Shown here: positions 38,201 to 53,200 of the stretch, piece by piece | How the letters are laid out: each line of letters opens with the position of its first letter | Numbering within the stretch: position 1 is the stretch's first letter | Source of the DNA: Malacoraja senta | Lineage: Eukaryota | Assembly (NCBI GenBank): GCA_038087875.1 | Contig: CM075993.1 | Coordinates: 1,490,001 to 1,554,000 of the forward strand | DNA length: 64,000 bases | Reading direction: 5' to 3' | Made by a program: the position numbers and the translations under genes | Notes under the pieces: generated by a model | Database searches by the model: none | What the model saw: the letters and a program-made list of their open reading frames with translations, nothing else | Told to the model about the DNA's origin: nothing

Positions 38201-41200
38201 CCTCTGGTCCTAGACTCCCATTACTGGAAATATCCTTTCCATCCCGATCGGAAATGTGCATAAACCAGACTCAAGTACAATTTGCATATCTGAGAAAGGG
38301 CTGCAATTTGGTTGAAACAGGGGCCAATTCGTTTTGTTTTAAAATTGAGGACGTCAGGGCATGTGAGGCTGCTGCAGTATATTCCACGTCAGCATATTGT
38401 TGTTTGGGGCACCAACCGACCAACCAGCAAACTCCACATCAGGCTTGTATCCGCTCCGAGGAACCTCATTTCAGAAGTCGAGATGATGCCTCGGGGGAGG
38501 GAGGGGGGAGTGGGGACTGACAGCCTACTCCCAACTGTTGAGGCAGTGAGCCAGAATAGCCCACAATTGGCATGCGGCAGCCCATTGTTCAGTTAATTAA
38601 GGCAACAATGTCCCAGGGGAAGTGGTGGTGGGGGGGGGAGGGGAGGGGAGGGGGGAGGGGAGGGGTGGGGCGAGGCTGAAGGAGAGAAGCGCTCTTTTAG
38701 ATTCGGAGACACAGCGTGAAAACAGGCCCTTCAGCCCACGCCAACCAGCGATCGCCCGTACACTAGTTCTATTCTCCACACCACGGACAATTTACAGAAG
38801 CCAATTAACCAACAAACCTGCATGTCTTTGAAGTGTTGGAGGAAACTGAATCTGAAGGTGATACTGGAAATGTACAGAGTCACAGGGAGAACGTACAAAC
38901 TCTAGTCAGGATTGACTCCGGGACTCTGGCACCGAGAGGCAGCAACTCTACTGCAGTGCCATTGCGCACCTCATTTCATCCAGTCCATTATGAATGAGAA
39001 ACATTTTAGGTGTTGCGAATACTGCACAACATAGACCCTCTTAGGCTCATCGACTCCGTGCTGATCAAGTATACATCCTCACTAATCAAAAACAAAGACA
39101 GCACTGGAGTAACTCAACCAGTCAGGCTGCATCTCTGGAGAACATGGAGGGGTTAGGATGCGAGAATGGACCCTTCTTAAGACAGATAAGGGGGAGGGGG
39201 CAAGAAGCTGGAAGAGAGGGGGGGGGGAAGAGAGGACAAAACCCAAAGGCGAGAGTTACCCATAATTTGTTACCACCCCAATCATGAGATGCTGTCCCAC
39301 CCACCCAGTCACTCCAGCACTGCTGTTTAAAATATATATATAAGCATCTTCTGACACCTGCCAACAAAGTCACGGATGGAATATGTCCTTGGCCAGGATT
39401 CCTTCATATTGTGAAGTTAGTGTGTGAGAGAGCACGGCACAAACATTTGTCTGCACTTCTCCCAAAAGTCATTCCCAATCCTCAGGGAACTGTTCACAAC
39501 CAAATCCCAAAACACAGACTAGACTGAATTAGCTGCCAGGTCCACTGGGATCCATTAGCGTGGGTAACGCCAACTTCAGCAGCAAGCAAGAGAATCACCC
39601 GCCCAGAAAATTACTACTCGTAAATAAGCCAACCCATGCAACTTCTGCAGAGTTAGTCATTTGGGAGATGAGTTTTAACGGCAACGAGATAGATCTCCAT
39701 TATTTCAGCAGAGACAGGTTGTAAAAGCTTGTGTAGGAGAGAATGGCAGATGCTGGTTTAAACCGAAGATAGACAAAATGCTGGAGCAACTCAGCGGGAC
39801 AGACAGCATCTCTGGAGAAGAAGAATTGAATCAAGTTTCAGGTTGAACTTGATCCCAATTGGAAGGTGATACTGGATTACACCCAGTGTTCTGGTTCTGT
39901 AAGCACACCTGCATAAACCTGTAGGGACATTTGGCCGGTATAGCCATAGACGTTGAATTGGCCATTGCCTGACCAGACCATATGGCAAGGTCTGAAGAAG
40001 GGTCTTGACCCGAAACGTCACCCGTTCCTTCGCTCCATAGATGCTGCCTCACCCGCTGAGTTTCTCCAGCATTTTTGTCTACCTTCGATTTTTCCAGCAT
40101 CTGCAGTTCCTTCTTAAACAGAACATATGGCAATGTTACATGCAACGTTTAGGCCTCTGCAAATATCAACTTTCTCCCTCAGGGATTCGCAAGAGAATTA
40201 TTTACACATCATTCAGCCCAAGCTCATGTTAGTTCAGACAAAAGAACAGCAAAGCTAATCCGCAATAACTGGCATATGTAATTACTGGAGCCACTACGGC
40301 CAAGATAACTCCACCATTCATCATGGCAACTAATGTCAAAAAGCTCGTGCCATTTGATTTACAATTTGTTAGATTAATATACAAGATAGAGATTTGTTTA
40401 ATTAATTCATGGCATTCTGTCATTCACTCTTAGATGCTTTTTAGCCAACTCTGTTCACGGGTGGCAGTGGCGCAGCGGTAGAGTTGCTGCCTTACAGCGC
40501 CAGAGACCTGGGTTCAATCCAGACTATGGGTGCTGTCTGTACGGAGTTTGTACGTTCTCCGCGTGGGTTTCCCCCTCCACCCCGGGATCTTCAGTTTCCT
40601 CCCACACTCTAAAGACGTACAGGTTTGTAGGTTAATTGGCTTGGTATAAGTGTAAATTGTCCCTAGTGTGTGTTGAATAGTGTTAGTGTGTGGGGATCAC
40701 TAGTTGGTGCGGACTCGTGGGGCCGAAGGGCCTGTTTCCGCGCTGGATCTCACTTTAGATGCACTTACCTCCAACTGTGAAAGAGTAGGCGTCTACTTTT
40801 ATATCCGTGCCTGTCAGAAAACCATTCCCGTTGACCAAGTTGAAGAAGATATCCAACACCTCACGGCTTGCTGGAGCAGCGTGCAGGAACATCAGGTCAC
40901 AGGTGGAGATCACCGAGCTGTGCCTTCTGGAGTTAGTGAGGACAATTAGATTACAGGCTACGTCAAAAACATCTTTGGCTTCTTCTCATCATCAGATACT
41001 CCCATTATCCCTCCCACTCTTTACAAGGACAATCTCCCCCATATCCACTATCTTTAAGAGCCCTATCTAACTCTCTCTTGAAAGCATCCAGACTCCACCG
41101 CCTTACGAGGCAGAGAATTCCACAGACTTGTCAAAATCATTTTAAGCAAGTCATTTGCAGATATTTTAACCAATTAACAACATAATCGATAGACCAGGAG

Positions 41201-44200
41201 GACTTAAATTTGAAACCACCAAGATTTTAAATCCAAAGAAATTGTGTGGCAGATTCAACAAGTGTGCAGAAGAACTTTGAACTAAAACTTACCCAAAATG
41301 GCTCACCACAGCTTGCACAAAGTTGCTGTATCTTGGCTTCAGAATCGCCTGCAACTGAAACGGATAATTTAAATACCTTAAGCATTTCCAAATGCAGAAA
41401 TACGGAACTGCAGACACTACTTTAGAATGAAAATTGAGAACCAAGTGCTGGAGTAACTCAGCGGGTTAGGCATCTTCTCTGGAGAAGATGTGTAGGTGAT
41501 GTTTTGGGTAGGGACCCTTCATTAGTCCAATTGCCCGAAGGATCTCAACCCGAAACGTCACCTATCCATATTCTCCAGAGATGCTGCCTGACCTGCTGAG
41601 TTACTCCAGCACTCTGTGAAACGTCACCTATCCATGTTCTCCACAGATGCTGCCTCACCTGCTGAGTTACTCCAGTACTTCTTAAATAAGGATTTCCACG
41701 TTATTTCTTTGCTTTCACTGCTCGTATAAAATTCTAACATGGTAAAAGAGACTTCCAGTCTAATCCAACATTTCTGGATTGGATTTATGTGGCTGCCCTT
41801 GTTAGACTTGATAAACAAGGGTAGTGACAGAGTCCATTCCAGGAACATTGCTGCTTCAGAAACTGATCTATAACAAATAAATAAACTTAATTTGACAGTT
41901 TCCTTACATCTGTTGAAAAAAATGGGCAAGGTTGCTTTAGAGCAATAATGCTACTAAATTCACATTCATAAGTTATGGGGTAGAAATAGGCCATTCAGCC
42001 CATCGAGTCTACTCCACAACTCAATCATGGCTGATCTCTGCCTCCTAATCCCATTTTCCTGCCTTCTCCCCATAACCCTCGACACCCATTCTAATCAAGA
42101 ATTTGTCTATCTCGGCCTTAAAAATATCCACTGACTTGGCCTCCACAGCCTTCTGTGGCAATGAGTTCCACAGATTAACTACCCTCTAAAGAAGTTTCTC
42201 CTCACCTCCTTTGTAAAAGAACGCCTTTTTAATTCCGTGGCTATGACCTCTGGTCCTAGACTCTCCCACCAGTGGAAACATCCTCGCCACATCCACTCAA
42301 TCGATACCTTTCCTTATTCTGTAAGTTTCAATGAGGTCCCCCCTCAACCTTTTAAACAGGCCCAGTACTGATAAAACGCTCATCATATGCTAACCCACTC
42401 ATTCTGGGAGTTATTCTTGTAAACCTCCTCTGGACCCTCTTCAGAGCCAGCACATCCTTCCTATTATATGGGGCCCCAAATTTGCTTACAGTACTCCAAA
42501 TGTGGCCTGACCAGGGCCGTATAGAGCCACAGCACATTCCAACACACAAACAGACCTACAGTCTGAAGAAGGGTCTCGACCCAAAACGTCACCCATTCTT
42601 TCGCTGCAGAGATGCTGCCTGTCCCGCTGAGTTACTCCAGCATTGTGTCTATCCAACACATTTTAACGTGTAATCATTTATAGAATGACTAAACATCACC
42701 GACCGAGTGGTTGCCACATGAATCAATAGATCCTTGTTGTGGGGCGAGAGGTGTAAAGGGTTAATCCGCACAGAGCCAGCTGCCCCACTCATCCTCAACT
42801 CAACTTTCCTCCCTATCCAGTACTTATCCAGTTATCTTTGGGAAACCATTAAGTATGTTTTCACTACACCTCTGGAAGGTGCCTATATATTGAAAGGCCT
42901 GGAGAGCGTGGATGTGGAGAGGATGTTTCCACTAGTGGGAGAGTCGACCACCAGAGGCCACAGCCTCAGAATTGTATGAAATTCTTTGCCACAGAAGGCT
43001 GTGGAGCAGTCAATGGATATTTTTAAGGCAGAGATAGATTCTTGATTAGTACGGGTGTTGGAGGTTATGGGGAAAAGACAGGAGAATAGGGTTAGGAGAG
43101 ATAGATCAGACATAACTGAATGGTGGAGTAGACTGGATGGGCTGAATGGCCCAATTCTGCTCCTATAACTCACGATGACCTTACAAGTGGGCGTCTTGCT
43201 GGATATTAGAAGCATTACACTATTAGTTTAAGTGCTACCCAAAACACTTCATGAATCGGGAAGGATGCACATCTTTACTCTGCTGTGCCTGGGATAATTC
43301 TAAAGGAGTCTACAATTTCAGCCCAGATATTGCAACTGGACTACTCCACTACTAAAACCCTGCTCAAACCCAAGCATAAAGTACATGCCATTAACAGGAA
43401 CTCAAGAGTGATCGCAGCTAATTGCATCAAACTGTAGGTGAACTGGGCAGGGTTTGGACTTCCTGAGGAAGTGGAGGACTCGAGATTAAAACCATGGTGC
43501 GGTTTTGCTCTTAAAACAGTTTGAAGTGTTCTTATGCAACAGGACTCATTTACACAATATTCCATTTGGAAACTATGATTAAATCAAACCCCATACATCT
43601 TGCATAACCAATTGTCTTGCAAAACTACCGTTCAATAAAGGCACCCCAGAAGCGATAAGGAGAGTGGTGCAAATGGCCACATCAAGATCATAGCACGGCA
43701 ACACTAGAACAGGGCCAATGACCGGTCTTGCAACAACTGCTGCTGATGTTGGAACTTACTGATCTGGTCACAACCCCGCCGAGACTGCAAAAATACGCAG
43801 ACCGGGAATCTCGGAGCATCGTGTTGTACTCGTGGTTCTCGATCGCAAAAGAAATCGGAAGGACTCCCAAGTTCATAGCTGATCCTAAAATTTAAAAAGG
43901 TCAATGTGCATTTTAATTTCCATCATCAAAAGAAGAAAAGTCACCCAGACTAACACAACATTACAAGCTTTCTAGGACGGTGGGGTCTTTGTAGCAGATC
44001 CAACATTAAAATTAGCAGAAGGTTCAGCATTACTGCTTCCAAGTCAAGTCAAGTCACTTTTATTTATATAGCACATTTAAAAAACAACTCTTGCTGGCCA
44101 AAGTGCTTTACATTGGTGGAGGTATTAACGTTATACAACAGTGGTTCATAGATTAAATACAAACATCACTACATACATGTAGCCCTCCAAAGAAACCCAC

Positions 44201-47200
44201 AGTTCTATTCTCCATTTGGAGAGCATTATTTTCTTCACAGACAGCACAAGAGCTGGTAGAGCTGCTGTCTCAGTGCCAGAAACCCAGGTTCAATCCCAAT
44301 TAAGAATTCCATAGAATGCAAATGGCCAAACAATTGGGAGCAGTGGTGACATTGGTCCCAGTAATGGAACTGATACAAGACTCAAGCCATGACTCATTTG
44401 TGGTGAAGAAGGATAAGTACTAGAGTAACTCAGTGGGTCTAGCAGCATCACTGGAGACCATGGATAGGGGCTGTTGTGGTTAGTCTACAACACCCAAAAT
44501 CCTACGTGGGGGCAATATGGGTGCAAGTGGAAATAAAAGGGTGACTCACCATTTACCCGCAAGGACCTCAGATCCACGGACCGATTCACAAGGTCGTTAA
44601 GCAGCATCAACACCTCAGCATTGCCCACATGTACGGGCGTAGAGAGAAGTGCGGTCCCTTGAATATTCACATCTCCTTGGATGGATCTGCAAACACAATC
44701 AGCAAATATACAAAGCCCCAACATGGGCTACAAGCTTAGAAAGTACCCCAGACCAATCCTTGTTCCAGGCGTACCGTGGCCCTACCCCCGAACTCTACCT
44801 CTGCTACATTGACGACTGCATGGGTGCTACCTCCTGCACCCATGCAGAACTTACTGACTTCATCATTTCCCACTAACTTCTATCTGGCAATTTTTGTCTA
44901 CCCAAGATAAATCTAATGTATGATCCTGTAGGCACAGTGGAGATACAAAGTTTGGAAGGCACCCTCCATGCAGTAAAAGCTGCTAATATGGCAATGAAAA
45001 AAAAAAAAAAAAAAGACAATTTAATTTTAACACGAGGAACTGTAGATGCTGGTTTACTAGAGAGTGTTGGAGTAACTCAGCAGGTCAAGCAGCATCTCTG
45101 GAGATCATGGATAGTTGTGTAGGAGGGAACTGCAGATGCTGGTTTACATTGAAGATGGACACAAAATGCTGGAGTAACTCAGCGGGACAGGCAGCATCTC
45201 TGGAGAGAAGGAATGGGCGACGTTTTGGGTCAAGACCCTTCTTCAGAACAGAGTCAAGGGAGAGAGAGACACAGACATGGACGGGCAAGGTGTGAACATG
45301 AGGGTTTTAAATAGTTTCATCTATTATACTAACTGGAAGCTCCAACAGACCGGTGGTTTCACTGTATGTGATTAGTTGGCATTAATGAATGGCCTTGACC
45401 GAATGGCAAGCTGCAAATTTGGTGCGAGATTGTAAGATGCAGTACAACTATGCTGTAGCGTGATTCACAACAGCCAAGAATGCAAGTGCAGGTCCACCAC
45501 TAATTTTCCAGCACCCTCGTTTCCAGACGTGGCCGGAATACCCATCTTGCCAGGCCAGAGGTCTCAACCTTGATGGGCTGCGACACTGGCCTGCAAAATC
45601 AGTCAGATCCACTGGGTTACTCCACAAGCTTGTTGTCCCTTCAAATATCTTGAAAGCATGATCATGACTTTCCACTGAAGAAGGGTTTCGGCCCAAAACG
45701 TCACTACTCCTTCGCTCCATAGATCCTACACAACTATCCATGCTCACCCGCTGAGTTCCTCCAGCATTTTTGTCTACCTATGACTTTCCACAATCAGTTT
45801 ATTGCCACAACAATGGTCGAAAATGCAAAGTTCATGATAAATTTGTTAAGTCAAGTTAAAGTCAGATCAGAGCAGACCACTCATTCCACTGACGGTAAGG
45901 CACCTGGTTCCTTCCTTCACCCTCCCCACCGGACAAACATCACAAGACATCCATGCAACATTGCCTCGACCTTTTGCACAAATTGCATCAGTAGCCAAGC
46001 TTTACGCTGAGAATACAACAGATGCGGTTTCAGCTACGCATTAACAACTCGCCATCTGATAGTTGTCACAGTTGGGATCTACTCACATGACTCTTCCAAT
46101 ATTAAACTCTCGCACAAAATACTTTTCTTCAGCGTCGCTACAACCTTGTAAGACAAAGACAAAATTTAAGATTTGAGAAATAGTTGCCACCCTTAAATAG
46201 TCACACAAACACACATTAGTGCGGACGTTAACGGGACTGTGAGAACATTGCAATTTGCTTCATCTAGACACCCCGTGCAGGGCAAATGGCATCAGGGATC
46301 TACAATGTTAGTGAGGAGAGACAAATACTCCATAGTAACAGAATAAGGAGACTTTAAAAGACAGAAGCAGCGGTAGAGTTGCTGCCTTACAGCGTATGCA
46401 GCGCCAGTGACCCGGGTTCAATCCCGACTACCGGTGCTGTCCTGTACAGAATTTGTACGTTTTCCCCACGAGTTTTCCCAAGATATTCGGTTTCCTCCCA
46501 CACTCCGAAGACGTACAGGTTTGTAAGTTAATTGGCTTGGTAAATGTAAAAATTGTCCCTAGTGTGTGTAGGATAGTGTTAATAAGCATGCACGATCGCT
46601 GTCGGTGCCGGACTCGGTGGGCCGGAGGGCCTGTTCCACGCTGTATCTCTAAACTAAAAACTAAACTAGTATTAGGATTGGAAATTTCTTCCAAAATCCA
46701 TATAAAAGTTAAACATGACGTATGAAGTTCAATGATAGACACAAAATACTGGAGTGACTCAGCGGGACAGGCAGCATCTCTGGAGAAAGGAATAGGTGAC
46801 GTTTCAGGTGGATCTTTCTACAGACCGAGGAGAGAGGAAGGGCAAGGTGTGAAAACACAGATCTAAGCAGACAATAAGGAAATGTAGGTAGACAGAAAAT
46901 GCTGGAGAAATTTAGGCGGGTGAGGCAGCTTTTATGGAGAAAGGAATAGGCAGCGTTTCGGATCGAGACCCTTCTTTGGACCGATGGGTCTCGACCAGAA
47001 CGTCACCCACTTCCATCCAGAGATGCTGCCTGGTCCCGCTGAGTTTCTCCAGCATTTTGTGTCTACCTTCGATTGTTCCAGCATCTGCAGTTCTTTCATA
47101 ACACAATAAGGAAATGTAGAATGGTTAATTGTTAGCCGAGCGGAAGGTGACAATCAGTAAAATAATACATTTATTTGTATAGCACATTTAAAAACTCACA

Positions 47201-50200
47201 TTGACCAAAGCGTTTCACATCAGTGCAGGTACTAATTTGATACATAACAACGTAGACAGACCCAACAATACATGCATAAACTGTTTCACAGCGCCCCTTC
47301 AGAGGGCTCAAAAACGCTAAAGAGTAGGAATAGGTTTTGAGTCGTGACTTAAAGGAGTCGATGGTGGGGGCAGTTCTGATGTGGAGCGGGATGCTATTTC
47401 CACAGTCCAGGTGCTGCAACCGCAAATGTATCAGAGGACTGAAACTAGGGTGGGGAAGGGCAGAGAGGGAAAGCAAAGATTACTTGATATCAAATCAATG
47501 TTTTTTTCAGAAAAGAGTTGATCCTCTATAATATTAAATGCATTCAGGAATTTATGCATTCTGAGTATGTTCAATGAACTAATACTCTGCAATAGTTTGT
47601 TGGCCATTAGACATATTCAAATCCATTGAAAACAAAAGCAGCCCAAATTAAGTAACAAAGACCCTGCATACTGACAGAAGACATCCCTACACAAGGCCTA
47701 CTAGAGAAGACGTACCCAACTGCTCAAACGTTGAAGCAGATCAGAGAGGAACATTGGCTCGTCCGTCCATGGGCCAAATCCAACACTCAAGGCTGTAAAC
47801 TCGATGAGCAGCGCCTCAGGCTGGAGAATTGCGAGGCTGTAGCCTGAAAATAGAATGATAAACCATGAGCTTCAAATTAACAGTGGGGCAATCCCTCAAA
47901 CACTCAAGACAAACACTCAAGGTTGAAAAGGACATCTGAACAGGTACATGGACTGGAAAGGTTTAGTGAGATTATGGGGCATACATAAACAGAGGGACTA
48001 GTATAGATGGGGCACCCTGGTCGTCATGGCAATTAGGCCGAAGCCCTAATTTCTGAGAATGACTATATGTAATCGAATGATTGTCTCATTCCTGGTTATT
48101 TATCTTGATAAGGCAAAGACTACAGCAGCTTAAAGCCATTTAAAATTAATATTGTAAATCACAGATTCAATTCTAAAGGGCAACTACACTGAGATTTAAC
48201 TGCTCACATTTATTAACCCAATATAGTGGAATGTCAAGCACTACTATTTCTAAAGACATGCTTGAAAGGATCTGCCAATGAGGACCTCAAAGAACATATT
48301 TCCTCCTACCCCAGCCATTAAAACTCTGCGTCAATGCATAGGAAGGAACTGCAGATGCTGGTTTATACCGAAGATAGACACAAAATGCTGGAGTAAACTC
48401 AGCAGACAGGCAGCATCTCTGGATGGAAGGAATGGGTGACGTTTCAGGTTGAGACCATTCTTCAGACGTGTCAGGGAAGATTTAAAAAAAACAAAAACAT
48501 TCACCCCCAATGGGAGTCGGAACAGCTACTAAAGGGCCCTGCACAAAGATCGTCAATGGATCCTTAGTCTTCCTACACAATCGATTGAAACCTTTCAACC
48601 TTCCGAGTCCACGCTGCCCATCAATCACCTGTTCACACTATTTCTAAGTTAACCCACCTTCACATCCACTCAGCTTGGATTGTGTTCAAAGTCAATAGCA
48701 CTTGTCCAGGGGAAACAATCACCATTTGGCTTCATTCCAAACAAGCACTCAATTGCCCCAAGCTCAGTAGAACAGAGTCTGGACTTGATTTCCCATCGAA
48801 TCACGACAGGTGGAGCTGGCAAGAATCCAACATCCCAGCATTTTTTTTAAAATCAGGCCAAGTACCAGAATAAATATTTAAAAACCTAGTATTTTAAATG
48901 GCACTTTAATAAACTTGGTCACTATCCCTGAAGTTTAAAATTCCTGTTCCGCACCTCACCTCCCCACAATTAGTCAAACTCCCCCCCCGCCCCTTCTCTG
49001 TATTCACCCATCACTCACCAGCTTTGTCCTGCCCCTCCTCTAGCTTTATTTAGCCTCCTTCCTCCCCCCCACCATCACTGATGGGTTCCAACCCAAATCG
49101 TCACCTATCATGTTCTCCACAGAGGCTGCCTGACCCGCTGAGTTACTCCAGCACTCTGTGAAACGTCACCTATCCATGTTCTCCACAGATGCTGCCTGAC
49201 CCGCTGAGTTACTCCAGCACTCTGTGAAACGTCACCTATCCATGTTCTCCACAGATGCTGCCTGACCCGCTGAGTTACTCCAGCACTCTGTGAAACGCAC
49301 CTATCCATGTTCTCCATAGATGCTGCCTGACCCGCTGAGTTACTCCAGCACTCTGTGAAACGTCACCTATCCATGTTCCGGCAGCATCTATGGAGCGAAG
49401 GAAATAGGCAACGTTTCGGCCCGAAACCCTTCCGGGTTTCAGCCCGAAACGTTGCCTATTTCCTTCAGGGTTTCGGCCCGAAAGGTTGCCCATTTCCTTC
49501 GCTCCACAGATGCTGCCTGACCCGCTGAGTTACTCCAGCACTCTGTGAAATGTCACCTGTCCATGTTCTCCGCAAATGCTGCCTGACCCGCTGAGTTACT
49601 CCAGCACTTTTGTACATATGCACTAGCTGCAAACTAGCAGAAACTACGTGGATTTATTCTTCAGAGGGTGTTTCAAGGGTATTGATATTAAGTCCACTCC
49701 CAAGAAACACAGCACAATAACAAGTTGACTTTAAGCATTCAAACACTCACCATTGCACGCAACAGAGCTGGCATCCATTACCAATTCACTTGGACTGTGA
49801 TCTTGGCAGTACACATGCGTAAGAACGGTCCGAACAATGTCAGAACTAGAGGGCACATTAGCCTTGACCTGAAACACCACTTCACATTCTACTCTAACCG
49901 AGCCATTCCTGCGTCAGAAGAACATTGAAAGAAGGACGGAGTTAAAACATGTTACAACATATGACTGGGGAAACAGAGTGCATGCTGGAGAAGATGCCTC
50001 CGATATACAAGCAGCTGGCGAGACCACATCGGCAGTACTGCCTACAGTATTGCTCTTCAGGATTCATTGAATTGAAGCAGTTCATGTGTTTGCAAGTACC
50101 AGTACCTGGGCTGCCTGAGCTAAGGTTGCTCAGGCTATATTTTACCTCATCATGTGTTTACAAGAGTCAAGAGGAGACTCATTCAAAATATTCAAGCTCC

Positions 50201-53200
50201 CAAGTCTTGAATGGATAAGCCAAACATACTGCATTTGATCTAGAATTGGGTCACATTAAAAAAAATGATGCCATCCATTTAAGACAAACTAGGCAAGGTT
50301 TTTGTTGCAGGAAGGAAGTGCAGAGGCGGGCTCAAACCGAAGATAGACACCAAACGCTGGAGCAACTCAGCGGGACAGGGAGCATCTCTGGAGAGAAGGA
50401 ATGCGTGACGTATTGGTCGAGACCCTGCTTCAAGTTGCCCGTTTACTTTAGACATACAGCATGGAAACAGTCCACTTGGCCCACTGAGTTCCTCCAGTAC
50501 TTTTTTTTGCTCCAGAATTTAACAGTGTTTTGTATCTCGATATTACTGCTTAATCCTTCACCAAGTCATGTTAAATTATTCACCCAGATATCGTAGATGA
50601 ATTCCAGAATTCAGATCCATCCAAAGATAGACACAAGATGCTGGAGTAACAACTTAGACAGGACAGGCAACATCTCTGGAGAGAAGGAATGGGTGACGTT
50701 TCGGGTCGAGACCCTTCTTCAGACTCATTGGATCCATCCATCCGATAATGACACTTTGTCAATTGGCCCTAGCTAGGTGCAGTGAAATCCTTTGCTTTTT
50801 CCATACAAAGTACACAAGAGTCACGACAAAGTGACAAAAAGTACTCGTCCCTGCTTCTGCACAACTATTCCAGTGATTGGTCCTGGTCTTTTTCTTGCTC
50901 AGTTCCTCCTCCCTTCAATCAGTCTGAAGAAAAGTCCCAAACCATCATCTATCCAATTTCTCCAGAGATGCTGCCTGCATACGGAGTTCCTCCAGCATTT
51001 GAACTGAACACTTTGTCACGTGACAAGTCAGTGAAATTCTTTGCTTGCATAAACAAGGTATGCAAATAGACGCTCAGAAAGGGAGCTTACTAAGTACCCC
51101 TGGCCCCCCCTTGTTCTCCCCCCTTCCCCACGACAGTCCCCCCACCTCCATTGACCATTTTGCATCTATCTTTGGCGCAAACCAGCACCTGCAGTTCTTC
51201 CCCCCCCCCCCCCCTATGTACAGTATTTAAACAATAAGATATTCTAGGAATGTTAAGAAAACTGTTTTAAATATTTTAGCACTTGCCTGAAACCAAGAAT
51301 CTCAATTCCAAGAAAGTTGTCCCTGTAGCGAGCATGGAAGATGGCTCTTAGCTAAAATAAAACAGTCCAGTTACCAGTTATACAAAAATAACCATTGAAA
51401 GTGGACAGTAACCATTTAAAACACAATTCAGATTCTGGCTGCTTGGGTAATAATGATTAAAAATTAGCTTCACAGAATCAGTTGCCGTTAAAATGCATCT
51501 TTGACCACAAGGCACAGGAGCAGAATTAGGCCATTCGGCCCATTGGATCTGCTCCGCCATGATCTATTTTTGCCTCTCAATCCCATTCTCCTCGCTACCC
51601 AAAGACATGGCCTCCACAGCCTTCTGTGGCAATGAACTCCACAGATTCACCACCCTCTGGCTAAATAAATTCCCCCTCATCTCCATACCAAGAAGCAAGA
51701 CAGCTATGGCTAATTGGGTTCTTGCACACTGCTCCTCACTAAAACCATAATGGAAATGTTTCCAATTTAGCCAATTCCATTTTGGGAAATGGAATTAAAA
51801 TAACCAAGAACAAAGTTAGAACCCTCTGGATGAAGGAGTGTAGAATGCAGGTTCGGCACATCTGAACCCATCTGTTTTAGAAGGTTGAGGGGGGACCTCA
51901 TTGAAACTTACAGAATAATGAAAGGCATAGACAGAGTGGATGTGGAGAGGATGCTTCCACGGGTGGGAGAGTCTAGGACCAGAGGTCATAGCTTCAGAAT
52001 TAAAGGGGGCTCTTTCAGAAAGGATGCGAGAAGGAACTTTAGTCAGAGGGTAGTTAATCTGTGGAACATTGCCACGGAGGGCCATGGAGGCCAAGTCAGT
52101 GGACATTAAGGCAGAGAAAGAGAAATTCTTGATTAGAACGGGTGTCAAGGGTTATGGGGAGAAGGCAGGAAAATGGGATTAGGAGGCAGAGATCAGTCAT
52201 GATTGAATGGCGGAGTAGACTCAATGGGCCGAATGGATCAATTCTACCCCTATAACTTGATTCATTGCCAGTTATTTCTATACAGGCAGATAATTCATAC
52301 ACTTATGCTGAATCCCAACCATCTCACTACCTAATCTCAGAGAAACCAAGTCCAAAGTATGAAGAGGGCTACTTAGAGCGAGTGGGGAAAGGAACATAGG
52401 CACATACTCATTTTGATACAAGTTTAGATAGTCACATTTTTCATTTATTGCCACACATACTGAGCAAAATGCTTTGTGTTGTGCACTATCCAGTCAGTGG
52501 AAAGACAATATATGATAAAGGAATAACATTTAGTGCAAGATAAAGTCCAGTAAAGTCTGATTAAAGATAGTCTGAGGGTCTCCAATGAGGTAGATGGGAG
52601 GTCAGGACCGTTTTTTAGTTGGTGTAATTCAGTTGCCTGATAACAGTTGGGAAGAAACTCTACCAATACAACACCAATAGTTTCCTCACACTTTCCCTCC
52701 ACAATGCTGCATCTGATGAATTCTTGGAAGAGTGGAGCCAATGTGCAGGACAACGGGAAGCTGTTCAACCCAAGTTGCCTCCACTCCAGAACCAAGCTCC
52801 CCACAATCTCAGTCACTGAAGTGCAGTACATCATGATGTCGTTTCTTACACTTATAGCTCCAATTATATTGGCTCATTGACAATAGTTTACACATTAAAC
52901 TCATTTAATTTTTTTTTTTTTAACTCATCTGAACAGCTTAAGAAACTGGCCCCGAATCAGAAGTTAAAAATGAAGTTTAACTAAAGCTAATTCGTCTCCA
53001 CGATTATCAAGTACCTTACATATTAAACTCATTCAATAACATTTCTTATACTCTACAGTATATATCTTACGTCTATACTCCCAAGCCTTTCTTGACGTCC
53101 TCTGAGCGAGGGCTATATGTATATATGTATGTAGTTTGTTTGTTTATACTATTCTTATAACAAATGTAAAGCATTGGCCAACGAGAGTTGTTTTTTAAAT

